64,000 nt of DNA from an uncultured delta proteobacterium (GTDB lineage Bacteria > Desulfobacterota > RBG-13-43-22): assembly GCA_963743305.1 (NCBI GenBank), contig CAVUPH010000007.1, positions 64,001-128,000 of the forward strand. Reading direction: 5' to 3'. The translations under genes and the position numbers were made by a program. Position 1 is the stretch's first letter. Every line of letters starts with the position of its first letter. The notes below the pieces were generated by a model, which was not told where the DNA came from, made no database searches, and saw only the letters and a list, made by a program, of their open reading frames with translations. Positions 21,665-31,853 of this stretch are shown in pieces.

Positions 21665-22783
21665 ATGGTGGTCACCACTAAAGAGATTATCCAGTGGCTC
21701 GATTCCCGATATCCTCCCCACTGGGCCGAGGATTGGGACCAGGTCGGACTCCAAGTGGGCGATCCCGGGCAAGCGATTCGGCGCCTGGGAATCGCCCTGG
21801 AAGCTTCACCTCGAACGATTCAATGGGCGGCTTCTGAATCCGTCCAATTGCTCTTATGTCACCATCCTTTATTATTCCAGCCAGTTAGCCAACTTCGCTA
21901 TGATCGGGAACCCGGAAAGACCGTGCGGGAGCTGATCCGGAGGGAGATAGCCCTCTGGGTGGCCCACACCAACCTGGATGCGGCTCCGGAGGGAGTCAGC
22001 ACAGCCCTGGCGAAAAGGTTGGGGTTAACCCGTTTGAAGCCCCTGGAGGAAAAAGTCAGGGACCTCTACAAACTGGTGGTCTTTGTTCCGGCGGGTTATG
22101 AAGAACGCCTGCAGGAGGCCCTCAAGTTTTCGGGTATCGGGCAAATCGGGACCTATCGGTTCTGTACCTTTTCCGCCCGGGGGGAAGGGCGGTTTACCCC
22201 TGAACCGGGGTCCCAGCCCTTTCAGGGAAAAGCCGGGCTTGAAACCCGGGCACCTGAAACCCGATTGGAAGTCCGGGTCCCCCGGGCGCAAGTCGATACT
22301 TTGCTTCAGCGTTTTCGTGCTTCCCATCCCTACGAGGAGATGGCCTACGACCTCTACCCGCTTCAGAACAGCGCGCTCGGGGTGGGGATCGGGCGGCAGG
22401 GAATTTATGACCCCCCGCAATCCTGGGACCAATTCATCTCTTTTCTGCGGGAGGGCGCTGAAGCGCCGTTTATCCAAGTGGCCGGAAAAATTCCGGAAAA
22501 AATTGAACGGGTCGCCGTCTGCGGTGGCGCCGGACGTTCTTTGCTTCCGGCCGCACTGGCCGCTCAAGTCCAGGTCTTCGTAACCGGGGAGATCGGTCAC
22601 CATCCTACCGTGGAGTTTTCCGGAGAGGATCTGGCCCTGGTCAGCATCGGGCACTATGTGTCTGAAAAGTGGATCCTCCCGGTTTTAGGACAGCAATTGA
22701 TCGAGGCCGCGGAGGCGCAGGGTTGGGAGTTGGAGGTCCGGATCCACCTTGAACCAGGCGATCCGACCTGTCGGTATTTTTAG
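21665..22783 (+). CDS. Nif3-like dinuclear metal-centre protein (YbgI/YqfO)
   Basis: WDQVGLQVG, HHPLLF, HTNLD, HPYEE, GHYVSE. Confidence 0.93.
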   Translation: MVVTTKEIIQWLDSRYPPHWAEDWDQVGLQVGDPGQAIRRLGIALEASPRTIQWAASESVQLLLCHHPLLFQPVSQLRYDREPGKTVRELIRREIALWVAHTNLDAAPEGVSTALAKRLGLTRLKPLEEKVRDLYKLVVFVPAGYEERLQEALKFSGIGQIGTYRFCTFSARGEGRFTPEPGSQPFQGKAGLETRAPETRLEVRVPRAQVDTLLQRFRASHPYEEMAYDLYPLQNSALGVGIGRQGIYDPPQSWDQFISFLREGAEAPFIQVAGKIPEKIERVAVCGGAGRSLLPAALAAQVQVFVTGEIGHHPTVEFSGEDLALVSIGHYVSEKWILPVLGQQLIEAAEAQGWELEVRIHLEPGDPTCRYF

Positions 22784-22814
22784 ATGGAAAGCGAATTCAA
22801 TTAGGGGGAAACGG

Positions 22815-23540
22815 ATGGAGGAACAAATTCGTCGGTTGATTTACCTGCAACAGATCGATAACGATATCCAACAAGTGAAGGTCCAAGCGGAGGAGACTCC
22901 CCGTCGTTTGGCCGGGATTGACTTGGAACTCCAAGCGGCCCGGCAAACCTATGAGACCTTTTTGAACAAGCTGGAGGAAGTAAAAAAACAGCGACGCGAC
23001 CTGGAAAAGGAAGTTGAACAATTCGATCAGAAAATTAAGAAAAGTCGGACAAAACTGATGGAGGTAAAAAACAATAAAGAATATAAGGCGATGCTCACCG
23101 AGATTGACGACCTGAATAGAAGCAAGGCCGGCCAGGAAGACGCTCTTTTGGAATTGATGGAACAAATGGAGGCCTTGACCCTTCAGGTGCGGGAGCAAAA
23201 AAAAGTTTTGGATCTAAAAATCGTTTCCGGCAAAACCCAAAAAGAAGAATGGGAAAAAGCCGGTGAAGTTTATGCCCGGGAATTAGCCCGGTTTGAGGAA
23301 GATCGCCAAAAAGCAGCCGCCCGGGTGGAAGATTCGCATCTTAAACAATATGAATTTTTGCGGGAGCGTTTGCGTGGTTTGGCCTTGGCCGAGGTACGTA
23401 ATGCCGCCTGTATGTCCTGTCATATGCACATCCCGCACCAGTTATATAACGAAATTCAACGGTGCGACCGGATAATCAATTGTCCCAATTGCCTGCGAAT
23501 CTTATTTTATTCGGGGAAACCCGAGGCCGCCAAGGAATAG
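22815..23540 (+). CDS. Coiled-coil C4 Zn-ribbon protein (DUF164 type)
   Basis: LQQID, long coiled coil, CMSCHM...CPNCLRIL. Confidence 0.9.
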   Translation: MEEQIRRLIYLQQIDNDIQQVKVQAEETPRRLAGIDLELQAARQTYETFLNKLEEVKKQRRDLEKEVEQFDQKIKKSRTKLMEVKNNKEYKAMLTEIDDLNRSKAGQEDALLELMEQMEALTLQVREQKKVLDLKIVSGKTQKEEWEKAGEVYARELARFEEDRQKAAARVEDSHLKQYEFLRERLRGLALAEVRNAACMSCHMHIPHQLYNEIQRCDRIINCPNCLRILFYSGKPEAAKE

Positions 23541-23543
23541 ATC

Positions 23544-23990
23544 CTGTCTGATTTAAAGAAACAAGCTGTCGGGCAGTGGGTGATTTTCTCCGATGGGGCG
23601 GCTAAGGGCAACCCCGGGCCTTCCGGGGCCGGATGGCTCATCCGTGATCCCCAAGGGCAAATCCGGGAAAATGGAAAGTTTCTGGGGGCTGGGACCAACA
23701 ATGAGGCGGAATATCAGGCCTTGACGGCGGCCCTGGAAGAGGCCTTGTCTCTGGGGGCGAAAGCGGTTAAAGTGCACCTGGATTCCGAACTGCTGGTCCG
23801 CCAGATTAACGGACAATACCGGGTGAAAAGTGATCGCCTGCGGAAGTATTACCACCAGGCGCAGGATCTTTTGAGCCGTTTTCACGATTATGCTATAATT
23901 CATATCCCCCGGGAGCAGAATCGGGAAGCGGACCGGTTGGCCAATGAAGCCATCAAGGATCATTATAAAAACCAAACCAAAAATATTTGA
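23544..23990 (+). CDS. Ribonuclease HI family protein
   Basis: DGAAKGNPG, TNNEAEY, DSELLVRQ, HIPREQNREADRLAN; start CTG 23544 (AAGGA RBS) or GTG 23580. Confidence 0.9.
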   Translation: MSDLKKQAVGQWVIFSDGAAKGNPGPSGAGWLIRDPQGQIRENGKFLGAGTNNEAEYQALTAALEEALSLGAKAVKVHLDSELLVRQINGQYRVKSDRLRKYYHQAQDLLSRFHDYAIIHIPREQNREADRLANEAIKDHYKNQTKNI

Positions 23991-24041
23991 ATAATTGTTT
24001 ATATATATAATCAACTGATAAATAGTGATACCATAGCGCGT

Positions 24042-24407
24042 GGAAGTGGATCAGATGATCGCCCGCTTTTGGGCGGGAGGAAAGTCCGAGCTCCAGAGGG
24101 CAGGATGCTGGGTAACACCCAGTCCCGGTGACGGGAAGGAAAGTGCCACAGAAAATATACCGCTCCGCCTCCGGCGGAGTAAGGGTGAAAAGGCGGGGTA
24201 AGAGCCCACCGGTATCCCGAGCGATCGGGATAGCCTGGTAAACCCCATCCGGAGCAAGACCAAATAGGGGGGCGTTACGGGTAGCCCGCCCAAGGCCCCC
24301 GGGTTGGTTGCTTGAGGTCCGAAGCAATTCGGACTCTTAGAGGAATGATCATCATCCCGGCCGGCGTGAGCCTCCGGGAAACAGGACTCGGCTTATGATC
24401 CACTTCC
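24042..24407 (+). ncRNA. rnpB: RNase P RNA (bacterial type A)
   Basis: GGAAGTGGATC/GATCCACTTCC P1 stem; GAGGAAAGTCCGAGCTCC, GAAAGTGCCACAGAAA, GGTAAACCCC, ACAGGACTCGGCTTA. Confidence 0.97.
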
Positions 24408-24479
24408 ACCTATTTTTTTTTCACCAGCCTCAGGGGCGGCCAAGTGAGGCCACCCGCTGAAAAAAAATAGGATCAGGCC

Positions 24480-25175
24480 TTGAAGACCATCGCCTTGATT
24501 ACCGCCGGCGGGAAAGGACAACGGATGCAATCCCCCACGGCAAAACAGTTTTTGCTCCTGGGGGGAAAGCCTGTCCTGGCGCAGACCATTGCGGTTTTTG
24601 AAGCCTGTCCGGCCGTGGATGAGATCTTTGTCATAGCTCCGCAAGATGAAATGGCGAAGGTTCAAACGGATATCGTCGAAAAGTACCACTATAAGAAAGT
24701 GCTCAAGGTGGTTCAGGGGGGCCGGAGACGGCAACAGTCCGTCTGGAATGGGTTACGGGCGATAAAGTCGGATTGTTCCTGGGTAGTGGTTCACGACGGG
24801 GTCCGCCCTCTGATCAACCCCCAATTGATTGAAGCCGGTATGCTGGAAGCCCGGCAGACCGGGGCCGCCATCGTAGCCGTTCCCGCCCGGGATACGGTCA
24901 AACGATTAGCCCCGGGGGGGAAATTGCAGACCCTGCCCCGGGAAGAGATCTGGCTGGCCCAGACGCCGCAGATTTTTGAATTTTCCCTGCTTTGCCAGGC
25001 CCACCAGAAAGCGATTCAGGATAAATTCACGGGAACGGATGACGCTTCCCTGGTGGAACGATTGGGGCATCCCGTCAGCCTGATTTCCGGAGACTACCGA
25101 AACATAAAGATTACCACCCCGGAAGACCTGACGATCGCTGAGACGCTGATCAAGAAGGAAAAAAAAGATCTATGA
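24480..25175 (+). CDS. ispD: MEP cytidylyltransferase
   Basis: AGGKGQRM..KQF, HDGVRP, AQTPQ, TDDASL, NIKITTPED. Confidence 0.96.
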   Translation: MKTIALITAGGKGQRMQSPTAKQFLLLGGKPVLAQTIAVFEACPAVDEIFVIAPQDEMAKVQTDIVEKYHYKKVLKVVQGGRRRQQSVWNGLRAIKSDCSWVVVHDGVRPLINPQLIEAGMLEARQTGAAIVAVPARDTVKRLAPGGKLQTLPREEIWLAQTPQIFEFSLLCQAHQKAIQDKFTGTDDASLVERLGHPVSLISGDYRNIKITTPEDLTIAETLIKKEKKDL

Positions 25176-25654
25176 TCCCGCCCTTCCGAGTGGGATTGGG
25201 CTATGATGTCCACCGTCTGGTTCCGGAAAGGGCCTTGATCCTGGGAGGGATCGAAATCCCTTATTTCCTGGGGCTGGAAGGCCACTCCGACGCCGATGTG
25301 CTGGCCCATGCCCTGGGAGACGCCCTCCTGGGGGCCGCCGGGTTGGGCGATTTGGGGCGGCATTTTCCGGATTCGGATCCCCAGTATAAGGGGGTATCCA
25401 GCCTCATCCTTTTGAAGGCCATCCTTTCGAAGATCCGGTCCGCAGGCTGGGAGATCGGCTACCTCGATAGTACGATCGTGGCCCAGCAGCCCAAGCTGGC
25501 GGACTTTATCCCTTCCATGCGTCAGACCCTGGCCGAGAGCCTTCAAATCGCTTCGGACCAAATTCATATCAAAGCGACTACTTCCGAGGGACTCGGATTT
25601 TGCGGCCGGCAAGAGGGGATCGCCGCCTACGCGGTGGCCCTGATCAATCAATAA
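25172..25654 (+). CDS. ispF: MECDP synthase
   Basis: GLGYDVH, HSDADVLAH, KATTSEGLG. Confidence 0.97.
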   Translation: MIPPFRVGLGYDVHRLVPERALILGGIEIPYFLGLEGHSDADVLAHALGDALLGAAGLGDLGRHFPDSDPQYKGVSSLILLKAILSKIRSAGWEIGYLDSTIVAQQPKLADFIPSMRQTLAESLQIASDQIHIKATTSEGLGFCGRQEGIAAYAVALINQ

Positions 25655-25675
25655 GATAATAGGTGCTACCCTGCC

Positions 25676-27169
25676 ATGTCTTTAAGGATTTACAATTCCC
25701 AAACCCGTCAAAAGGAAAATTTTGTTCCCGGAAATCCTCCTCAGGTGGGGATCTATGTCTGCGGGGTGACCGTCTATGACAGTTGTCATATCGGTCATGC
25801 CCGGTCCATGATCGTTTTCGACGTGATCGTTCGCTTCCTCCGCTCTCAGGGCTATGAGGTAACCTACGTCCGCAATTTTACCGACATTGACGACAAGATC
25901 ATCGCCCGCTCCAATCAGGAAGGGGTCCGGCCAGAAGATTTAGCGGAAAAGTACATTGCGGAATTTAGAGAGGATATGGCGGTCCTGGGAGTGTTGTCTC
26001 CTGAGGCGGAACCTCGGGCCACACGCCATATCCCGGCAATCATCGCTTTAGTTCAGAAGCTGATTGATCAGGGCGCGGCCTACGCAGTTGACGGGGATGT
26101 TTTTTTCTCGGTAGAGCATTTCAAACCCTACGGCCAACTTTCCGGGAGGAACCTCGAGGAAATGCAGGCCGGGGCGAGGATCGAAGTGGACCCCCGGAAG
26201 CGCCATCCCATGGACTTTGCCCTTTGGAAAGCCGGAAAACCGGGAGAACCAACCTGGGAAAGCCCGTGGGGCCCGGGACGGCCGGGATGGCATATCGAAT
26301 GTTCGGCCATGAGCTCCTTTTACCTGGGGGAGACTTTCGACATCCATGGCGGCGGGCAGGATCTTATTTTCCCGCATCATGAGAACGAACAGGCCCAATC
26401 CATGGCCGCCTCGGGTCAGCCTCTGGCCCGGTACTGGGTCCATAACGGTTTTGTCACCATCCGGGGTGAAAAAATGTCCAAATCACTGGGCAATTTTTTA
26501 ACGATTCGGGAGATGGTCCGGCGTTTTCATCCCGAAGCGGTTCGTTTGTTTTTACTCTCACGGCATTACCGCACCCCGCTGGATTATTCGGAGGAAGCGC
26601 TGCAGGAGGCCCAGAACCACCTGCACCGTCTTTACCAACTGGTCAAGGACCTGGAGCATCCGGAAAACCGTTGGCAGCGGGGGGGAGCGGAAGACTTTTC
26701 GGAGGAGAAAATTCACGAACTGGCAGGAGCGGTGGACCAATTCCAGGAGAAATTTGAGGGGGCCTTGGAGGACGACTTCAATACCGCTCAGGCCCTGGGG
26801 TACTTTCACGATCTTTCCCGCAAGCTGAATCGCCTGCTGGACAGTCTGAAGCTAAAAACCATTGGCACTTCGAAAGATGCTCTGGTCCGGGCCGCCGGTG
26901 TTCTGAAAGCCGCCGGCTTGCTGCTGGGTATTCTGAACCTGCCGCTGGACGATTTCTTTGACCAAGAGAGAGAACGGGTTTTGGAAAGCCGCGGGTTGTC
27001 TAAACAACGCATCGCTGATCTCATTGCCAAACGGGTTCAGGCTCGCCGGGAAAAGGATTGGGCCCAGGCCGACGCCCTGCGCGCTCAGCTTCAGGAGATG
27101 GGGGTTATCCTCAAGGACAATCCCCAGGGCACGGAGTGGGATTTGGAAGAATATTTGGTTCGGCAATAA
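25676..27169 (+). CDS. cysS: Cysteinyl-tRNA synthetase
   Basis: CGVTVYD..HIGH, GRPGWHIEC, FPHHENE, KMSKS. Confidence 0.98.
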   Translation: MSLRIYNSQTRQKENFVPGNPPQVGIYVCGVTVYDSCHIGHARSMIVFDVIVRFLRSQGYEVTYVRNFTDIDDKIIARSNQEGVRPEDLAEKYIAEFREDMAVLGVLSPEAEPRATRHIPAIIALVQKLIDQGAAYAVDGDVFFSVEHFKPYGQLSGRNLEEMQAGARIEVDPRKRHPMDFALWKAGKPGEPTWESPWGPGRPGWHIECSAMSSFYLGETFDIHGGGQDLIFPHHENEQAQSMAASGQPLARYWVHNGFVTIRGEKMSKSLGNFLTIREMVRRFHPEAVRLFLLSRHYRTPLDYSEEALQEAQNHLHRLYQLVKDLEHPENRWQRGGAEDFSEEKIHELAGAVDQFQEKFEGALEDDFNTAQALGYFHDLSRKLNRLLDSLKLKTIGTSKDALVRAAGVLKAAGLLLGILNLPLDDFFDQERERVLESRGLSKQRIADLIAKRVQARREKDWAQADALRAQLQEMGVILKDNPQGTEWDLEEYLVRQ

Positions 27170-27255
27170 ACGAGACCCTCGAATATAGTCTAAAAAAGAC
27201 ATGGTTCGGGTGCGTCAAGCACTGACGGTTACCGGAAAACTTGGAGGAGAAGGCG

Positions 27256-27993
27256 ATGGACGATTTAGTCGGCAAACGAGTATTGGTTACCGGAGGTTCA
27301 AAGGGGATCGGACTGGGGATAGCCCGCTATTTCTCCGAAGCCGGGGCCAGGGTGGCCATTTGCGGACGGAAGGAGGCCAACTTAGTGAAGGCCCGGGAAC
27401 AACTGGGCGAGGTGGTTACCGTGGCGGCCCACTTGGGCAAGGCCGAAGAGGTGGAACAGTTGTTTAAAACCGTCGCGAATACCTTCGGAAGCCTGGATAT
27501 TCTGATCAACAATATGGGAATGAATATTTTCACCCCCTCGACCGTGGAAGCGGATATCGGTCTCTGGGATAAAATTATAGAAGGAAATCTGAAGTCGGCC
27601 TTTTTATGCTGCCGACAGGCCTTTCCCTTGATGAAAACCAACGGCGGGGTCATCGTCAACCTCAGTTCCATCGCCGGCCACCGGGCTGCTCCCGGCATGG
27701 GTATTTACGGGATCGCCAAGGCGGGACTTAACATGCTGACTAAGGTACTGGCCAAGGAATTGGCTTCCTACGGCATCCGGGTCAATGCCGTCGCCCCGGG
27801 AATGGTGGAAACTGATTTTTCCAGGCCTTTTTGGGGTAACGACGATATCCTCAAGGAGCTCCTGAAAGCCATTCCCTTGGGCCGGATCGCGCGCATCGAG
27901 GATGTGGTTCGGGTGGTGGCCTTCCTCTCCTCGGATCAAGCCGGTTATCTGACCGGCGAAATCATTTCCGTATCCGGCGGGACCGAGGCTTAA
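27256..27993 (+). CDS. Short-chain dehydrogenase/reductase
   Basis: TGGSKGIG, YGIAK, VNAVAPG. Confidence 0.92.
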   Translation: MDDLVGKRVLVTGGSKGIGLGIARYFSEAGARVAICGRKEANLVKAREQLGEVVTVAAHLGKAEEVEQLFKTVANTFGSLDILINNMGMNIFTPSTVEADIGLWDKIIEGNLKSAFLCCRQAFPLMKTNGGVIVNLSSIAGHRAAPGMGIYGIAKAGLNMLTKVLAKELASYGIRVNAVAPGMVETDFSRPFWGNDDILKELLKAIPLGRIARIEDVVRVVAFLSSDQAGYLTGEIISVSGGTEA

Positions 27994-27999
27994 ACCGGA

Positions 28000-28422
28000 A
28001 TGGAAACCAAGGAAAAGAAAACAAGGACCACCAAGCAGCGGCAGGTTATTTTGGAAGAAATTAAAAAGGTGAGTACTCACCCGACTGCTGATGAGGTCCA
28101 TGCCCTGGTGAGGAAGAGGCTTCCCAAAATCAGCCTGGGAACCATCTACCGCAACCTGGAATTTATGGCCGGACAAAACCAGATCCTGCGGTTGGATTGG
28201 GCCGGAAACCAACGCCGTTATGATGGGAATACTTCCAACCATTTTCACTTGCGCTGTGTACAATGCGGACAGGTTAAAGACCTGCTCATGGACTATCCTC
28301 AAGAAATGGAAGAAAAGGTGGCCTTAGAGACAGATTATGCGCTTTTAGGCTGCCGTCTGGAATTTGTTGGACTTTGTCCGCAATGCCAGCCAAAAAGCAA
28401 AAAAGCTATTAGCGTCAACTGA
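28000..28422 (+). CDS. Fur-family regulator, probably PerR
   Basis: [30 protein letters not shown]; directly upstream of rubrerythrin. Confidence 0.9.
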   Translation: METKEKKTRTTKQRQVILEEIKKVSTHPTADEVHALVRKRLPKISLGTIYRNLEFMAGQNQILRLDWAGNQRRYDGNTSNHFHLRCVQCGQVKDLLMDYPQEMEEKVALETDYALLGCRLEFVGLCPQCQPKSKKAISVN

Positions 28423-28450
28423 TGAGAACCAGAGAAAGGAGCCGATAGTC

Positions 28451-29023
28451 ATGGAGTTAAAAGGGTCCAAAACGGAAAGAAACCTATTAACCGCTTTTGC
28501 CGGTGAATCGCAAGCCCGGAACCGTTATACCTATTTTGCCAGTCAGGCCAAAAAAGAAGGGTATGTTCAGATCCAGTATATCTTCGAAGAAACGGCCAAT
28601 CAGGAAAAGGAACATGCCAAACGGCTGTTTAAACTGCTGCCGGGGGGGGAAGTGGAAATTCAGGCCCGATTTCCCGCCGGGGTAATCGGAACCACGGCGG
28701 ACAACCTCAAGGAGGCCGCCGGAGGAGAGAATTACGAGTGGACGGATATGTACCCGTCCTTTGCCCGGGTGGCCGCGGAAGAGGGTTTTGAGGAAATCGC
28801 CAAGATTTTCGAGTCCATCGCGGTGGCTGAAAAACAACACGAACGACGCTACCTCGGTTTCCTGGCTAATATCAAAAACGGGACGGTTTTTAAAAAAGAT
28901 ACCGTCGTGACCTGGCGTTGCCGCAACTGCGGTTACCTGCAGGAGGGCCGCGAAGCCCCGGACAAGTGTCCCGCCTGTGACCACCAGCGGGAGCAATTCG
29001 AATTGCTCTGCGAGGACTGGTAA
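28451..29023 (+). CDS. rbr: Rubrerythrin
   Basis: [29 protein letters not shown]...CPACDH. Confidence 0.96.
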   Translation: MELKGSKTERNLLTAFAGESQARNRYTYFASQAKKEGYVQIQYIFEETANQEKEHAKRLFKLLPGGEVEIQARFPAGVIGTTADNLKEAAGGENYEWTDMYPSFARVAAEEGFEEIAKIFESIAVAEKQHERRYLGFLANIKNGTVFKKDTVVTWRCRNCGYLQEGREAPDKCPACDHQREQFELLCEDW

Positions 29024-29042
29024 CCACGGATTATTTTTTGAC

Positions 29043-29338
29043 TTTTCGTCCTTTTGGGTGGGGTGTCCCCGATAGCCGGTTGGCCGCCTGGGTCTCTTGG
29101 AAAGGGTTTTCCAAAGGCCATCCGAACTCCGAATCCGGGCCTAAGTCATCAACTTTATATAAAGCAGGCCCAAAAGCGGAGACCTTTATCGCCTTCGCGC
29201 TGGCCCTGCCTCCAGGACGATTTGAAAACACGGGGGCCGGGTTAGGACCGATAAAGCAGTGTGGAAAACCCTTTCCAAGAGACCCAGGCGGCCACGGAAG
29301 CTTGCGCCCTAGCTCGTACCCACTCAAAAGGACGAAAA
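29043..29338. repeat. MITE-like element with ~70-bp inverted arms
   Basis: 29081-29113 and 29262-29294 form a perfect 33-bp inverted repeat; outer ends TTTTCGTCCTTTTG/CAAAAGGACGAAAA. Confidence 0.75.
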
Positions 29339-29452
29339 ACCAGCACGTTGTTGCATTCAGTCCCGAGTTTTGTTATCCTGAAAGCCAACCGGACAGGAGG
29401 GGTGAGAATCCCGCCCCGCTCAGGAACTAACCCAAAATGCGATGAGGAGACC

Positions 29453-29986
29453 ATGAGTGCCACCAGAGAGCGCTTCACCCAGATGCTGTGTACGGCCCAG
29501 GAGATGGAAGAGAAGGGCAGGGCCTTTTATGAAAAGGCCAGGTCCACTTCCGAGAACCCGCTGGGGAAAGAGATCTTTCGCCTGCTCATTGATGACGAAA
29601 TCGTCCATCTAGAGCGGATCCGGAAAATTTCCGATTCCCTGACCAAGGATCAAAATTGGTCCGAGGACTGGAAAAAACTTCAGTGTCCCTACCAGGATCT
29701 GGGGCAGGTCTTTCGGGACCTGGTGTCCCGATACAGCCCGGCCGGCATTGCGGGCAGCAACGATCTCGAGGCCCTGAAACTCGCCCTGGATTTTGAGCTG
29801 CGGAGCGTCGCCTTCTACGAAAGCCAGTTGGCCCAGGCCGTTGATCCTTTGGAAAAGGCCTTTCTGGTCCAGATGATCCAGGAAGAAAAAGGCCATGCCC
29901 TGACTCTTGAGGATACACGCTATTACCTTTCAGACCCCGAAGGCTGGTTCATGGAAAAAGAACGGGCCGGTTTAGACGGGGTTTAG
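29453..29986 (+). CDS. Ferritin-like (rubrerythrin diiron domain) protein
   Basis: MEEKGRAFY, EIVH, FELRSVAFY, EEKGH; GAGGAG RBS. Confidence 0.85.
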   Translation: MSATRERFTQMLCTAQEMEEKGRAFYEKARSTSENPLGKEIFRLLIDDEIVHLERIRKISDSLTKDQNWSEDWKKLQCPYQDLGQVFRDLVSRYSPAGIAGSNDLEALKLALDFELRSVAFYESQLAQAVDPLEKAFLVQMIQEEKGHALTLEDTRYYLSDPEGWFMEKERAGLDGV

Positions 29987-30004
29987 CTCCCCGGTTCAGC
30001 GTGC

Positions 30005-31705
30005 ATGTCGCCGGATCCGATCAACATAGTCATCGGTGGAGAGGCCGGTCAGGGTCTGAACACCATCGGGCAGCTCTTGACCATATCCCTGGTTCGAAGC
30101 GGGTATGAAGTCGTAGTCACCCAGGACTACCAATCCCGAATCCGGGGCGGACATAATACCTTTCGGGTCCGGGCCTCCACGGAATCCTTAGCGGCGCCCC
30201 AGGAGGCCATCGACCTCTTAGTGGCCCTGGACTCCGCGAGCGTGGACCTCCATCGACCGGAACTTTCCCCGCGGGGTATTATCCTGATCGATGGCGATTT
30301 ATCCTCCCCGGAAGACTGCTGCCGGAAGGTTCCCTTAAAGGAATTGGCGCCGGACCGCTATGCCAATATTACCGCCCTGGGGGTGGTCAGTACGCTGCTG
30401 GGCTTGCGGGAAGAAATCGTGCTTCAAGCCACGGCAGATTTTTTCGGCCATAAAAGCCCCCAGGCCGCCGAAGGAAATCGCCAGGCCCTCCAGGCCGCTT
30501 TTACCTGGACAAAAAAACAGTCCATTTCCTTTCCCGCCCTGCCGGAAACCAGTCGTTCCGTCTCGAAACTGATCCTCACCGGGAATGAGGCGGTGGCCTT
30601 AGGGGCGCTGTCCGCGGGGCTGAAATTTTTTGCCTTTTATCCCATGAGCCCTTCCACCTCCATTGGTCTGACCCTGGCGGCTCAGGCCAAGAAGATGGGG
30701 CTGGTGGTGGAGCAGGCCGAGGATGAAATCGCCGCCATCAACCTGGCCCTGGGGGCCTCTTTCGCCGGGGCGCCCAGTATGGTGGCCACCTCCGGGGGAG
30801 GGTTTGCCCTGATGACCGAGGGGGTTAGCTTGGCGGGAATGACCGAAACCCCCATCGTGATCGTGGTGGCCCAACGGCCCGGTCCGGCTACCGGTTTGCC
30901 CACCCGCACCGAACAGGGGGACCTGGAATTCGTTCTCCATTCCGGGCACGGGGAGTTTCCCCGGGCCGTTTTCACGCCCGGATCGGTGGAGGAATGTTTT
31001 CTCCTGGCCCGAAAAGCCTTGGAACTGGCCGAGCGATCGCAGGGACCGGTGTTTATTCTGACCGATCAGTTCTTGGCCGATTCCTACCGAGCGGTAGACC
31101 CTTTTGACCTATCCCAACTCCCCCCTATCCTCCCCCGAACCACCCCGGCGATCAGCGAACCCTATCTTCGGTATGCCCTGACGGAGAGCGGCGTCTCACC
31201 GCGGCTCTATCCCGGGCTGTCCGATCACCTGGTGGTGGCTGACAGCGACGAACATACGGAAGACGGACACCTGACCGAAGACCTAACCGTCCGGATAAAA
31301 ATGGTCGATAAAAGAGGGCGAAAGCTGAGGATGATCCAGGAAGCGGCGGTTCCCCCGGAATTCAAGGGTGAACCCCGACCGGATCTTTTATTGGTTACCT
31401 GGGGTTCCGGTCGAGGGGCGGTCTGGGAGACGGTTTCCCTGTTAAACCTCCGGGGGAAGCGAACGGCCATGCTTCATTTTTCTCAAGTCTGGCCTCTGAT
31501 TCCCTTTCAGTTTTTATCCCTCCTTCATGAAGCCGGGGAAATCATAGGCGTCGAAATGAATGCCACTGGACAGTTCAGTCGCCTCCTCCGGCGGGAGACC
31601 GGGGTGACCATCAAAAAAACGATCCTTCGCTATGACGGCTCACCCCTCACCCCGGAATACCTCCTCCGGGAATTGGAACAGCGCCAATGGTTGGTGGACT
31701 CGTAA
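30005..31705 (+). CDS. 2-oxoacid:ferredoxin oxidoreductase alpha (gamma-alpha fusion)
   Basis: GGEAGQG, SRIRGGH, YPMSPST, AEDEIAA, QRPGPATGLPT. Confidence 0.95.
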   Translation: MSPDPINIVIGGEAGQGLNTIGQLLTISLVRSGYEVVVTQDYQSRIRGGHNTFRVRASTESLAAPQEAIDLLVALDSASVDLHRPELSPRGIILIDGDLSSPEDCCRKVPLKELAPDRYANITALGVVSTLLGLREEIVLQATADFFGHKSPQAAEGNRQALQAAFTWTKKQSISFPALPETSRSVSKLILTGNEAVALGALSAGLKFFAFYPMSPSTSIGLTLAAQAKKMGLVVEQAEDEIAAINLALGASFAGAPSMVATSGGGFALMTEGVSLAGMTETPIVIVVAQRPGPATGLPTRTEQGDLEFVLHSGHGEFPRAVFTPGSVEECFLLARKALELAERSQGPVFILTDQFLADSYRAVDPFDLSQLPPILPRTTPAISEPYLRYALTESGVSPRLYPGLSDHLVVADSDEHTEDGHLTEDLTVRIKMVDKRGRKLRMIQEAAVPPEFKGEPRPDLLLVTWGSGRGAVWETVSLLNLRGKRTAMLHFSQVWPLIPFQFLSLLHEAGEIIGVEMNATGQFSRLLRRETGVTIKKTILRYDGSPLTPEYLLRELEQRQWLVDS

Positions 31706-31853
31706 GAAGTCCATCGACCATTGGCCCGAGCGCGACTAAGCGCCGGGCTGGGGTAGGGGTGGTACCATTGGAATTCACTTCCAATGGCGGGGGAGGGGAA
31801 ACCATCCCCCGCCGAGCAGAAAGTCGTATTTTGACTTTTTGCGAGGTCATTAA
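31691..31853. mobile_element. Small MITE with TTGxTGxxxTCGxAAxAAGTC-type inverted ends
   Basis: Left TTGGTGGACTCGTAAGAAGTC, right GACTTTTTGCGAGGTCATTAA; three internal hairpins. Confidence 0.6.

Noticed and set aside
23538-23580. Zn-ribbon gene and RNase HI in the same frame separated by one TAG (possible pyrrolysine readthrough)
   Set aside because: Same frame occurs by chance one time in three. The Zn-ribbon protein is already complete, an AAGGA + CTG start explains RNase HI, and no pyl genes are visible.
23953-24327. Minus-strand ORFs over 24.0-24.3 kb
   Set aside because: They are antisense shadows of the RNase P RNA.
29031-29452. Several short ORFs and the long N-terminal extension of the ferritin-like ORF
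   Set aside because: They arise from the inverted repeat element; the real start with RBS is at 29453.
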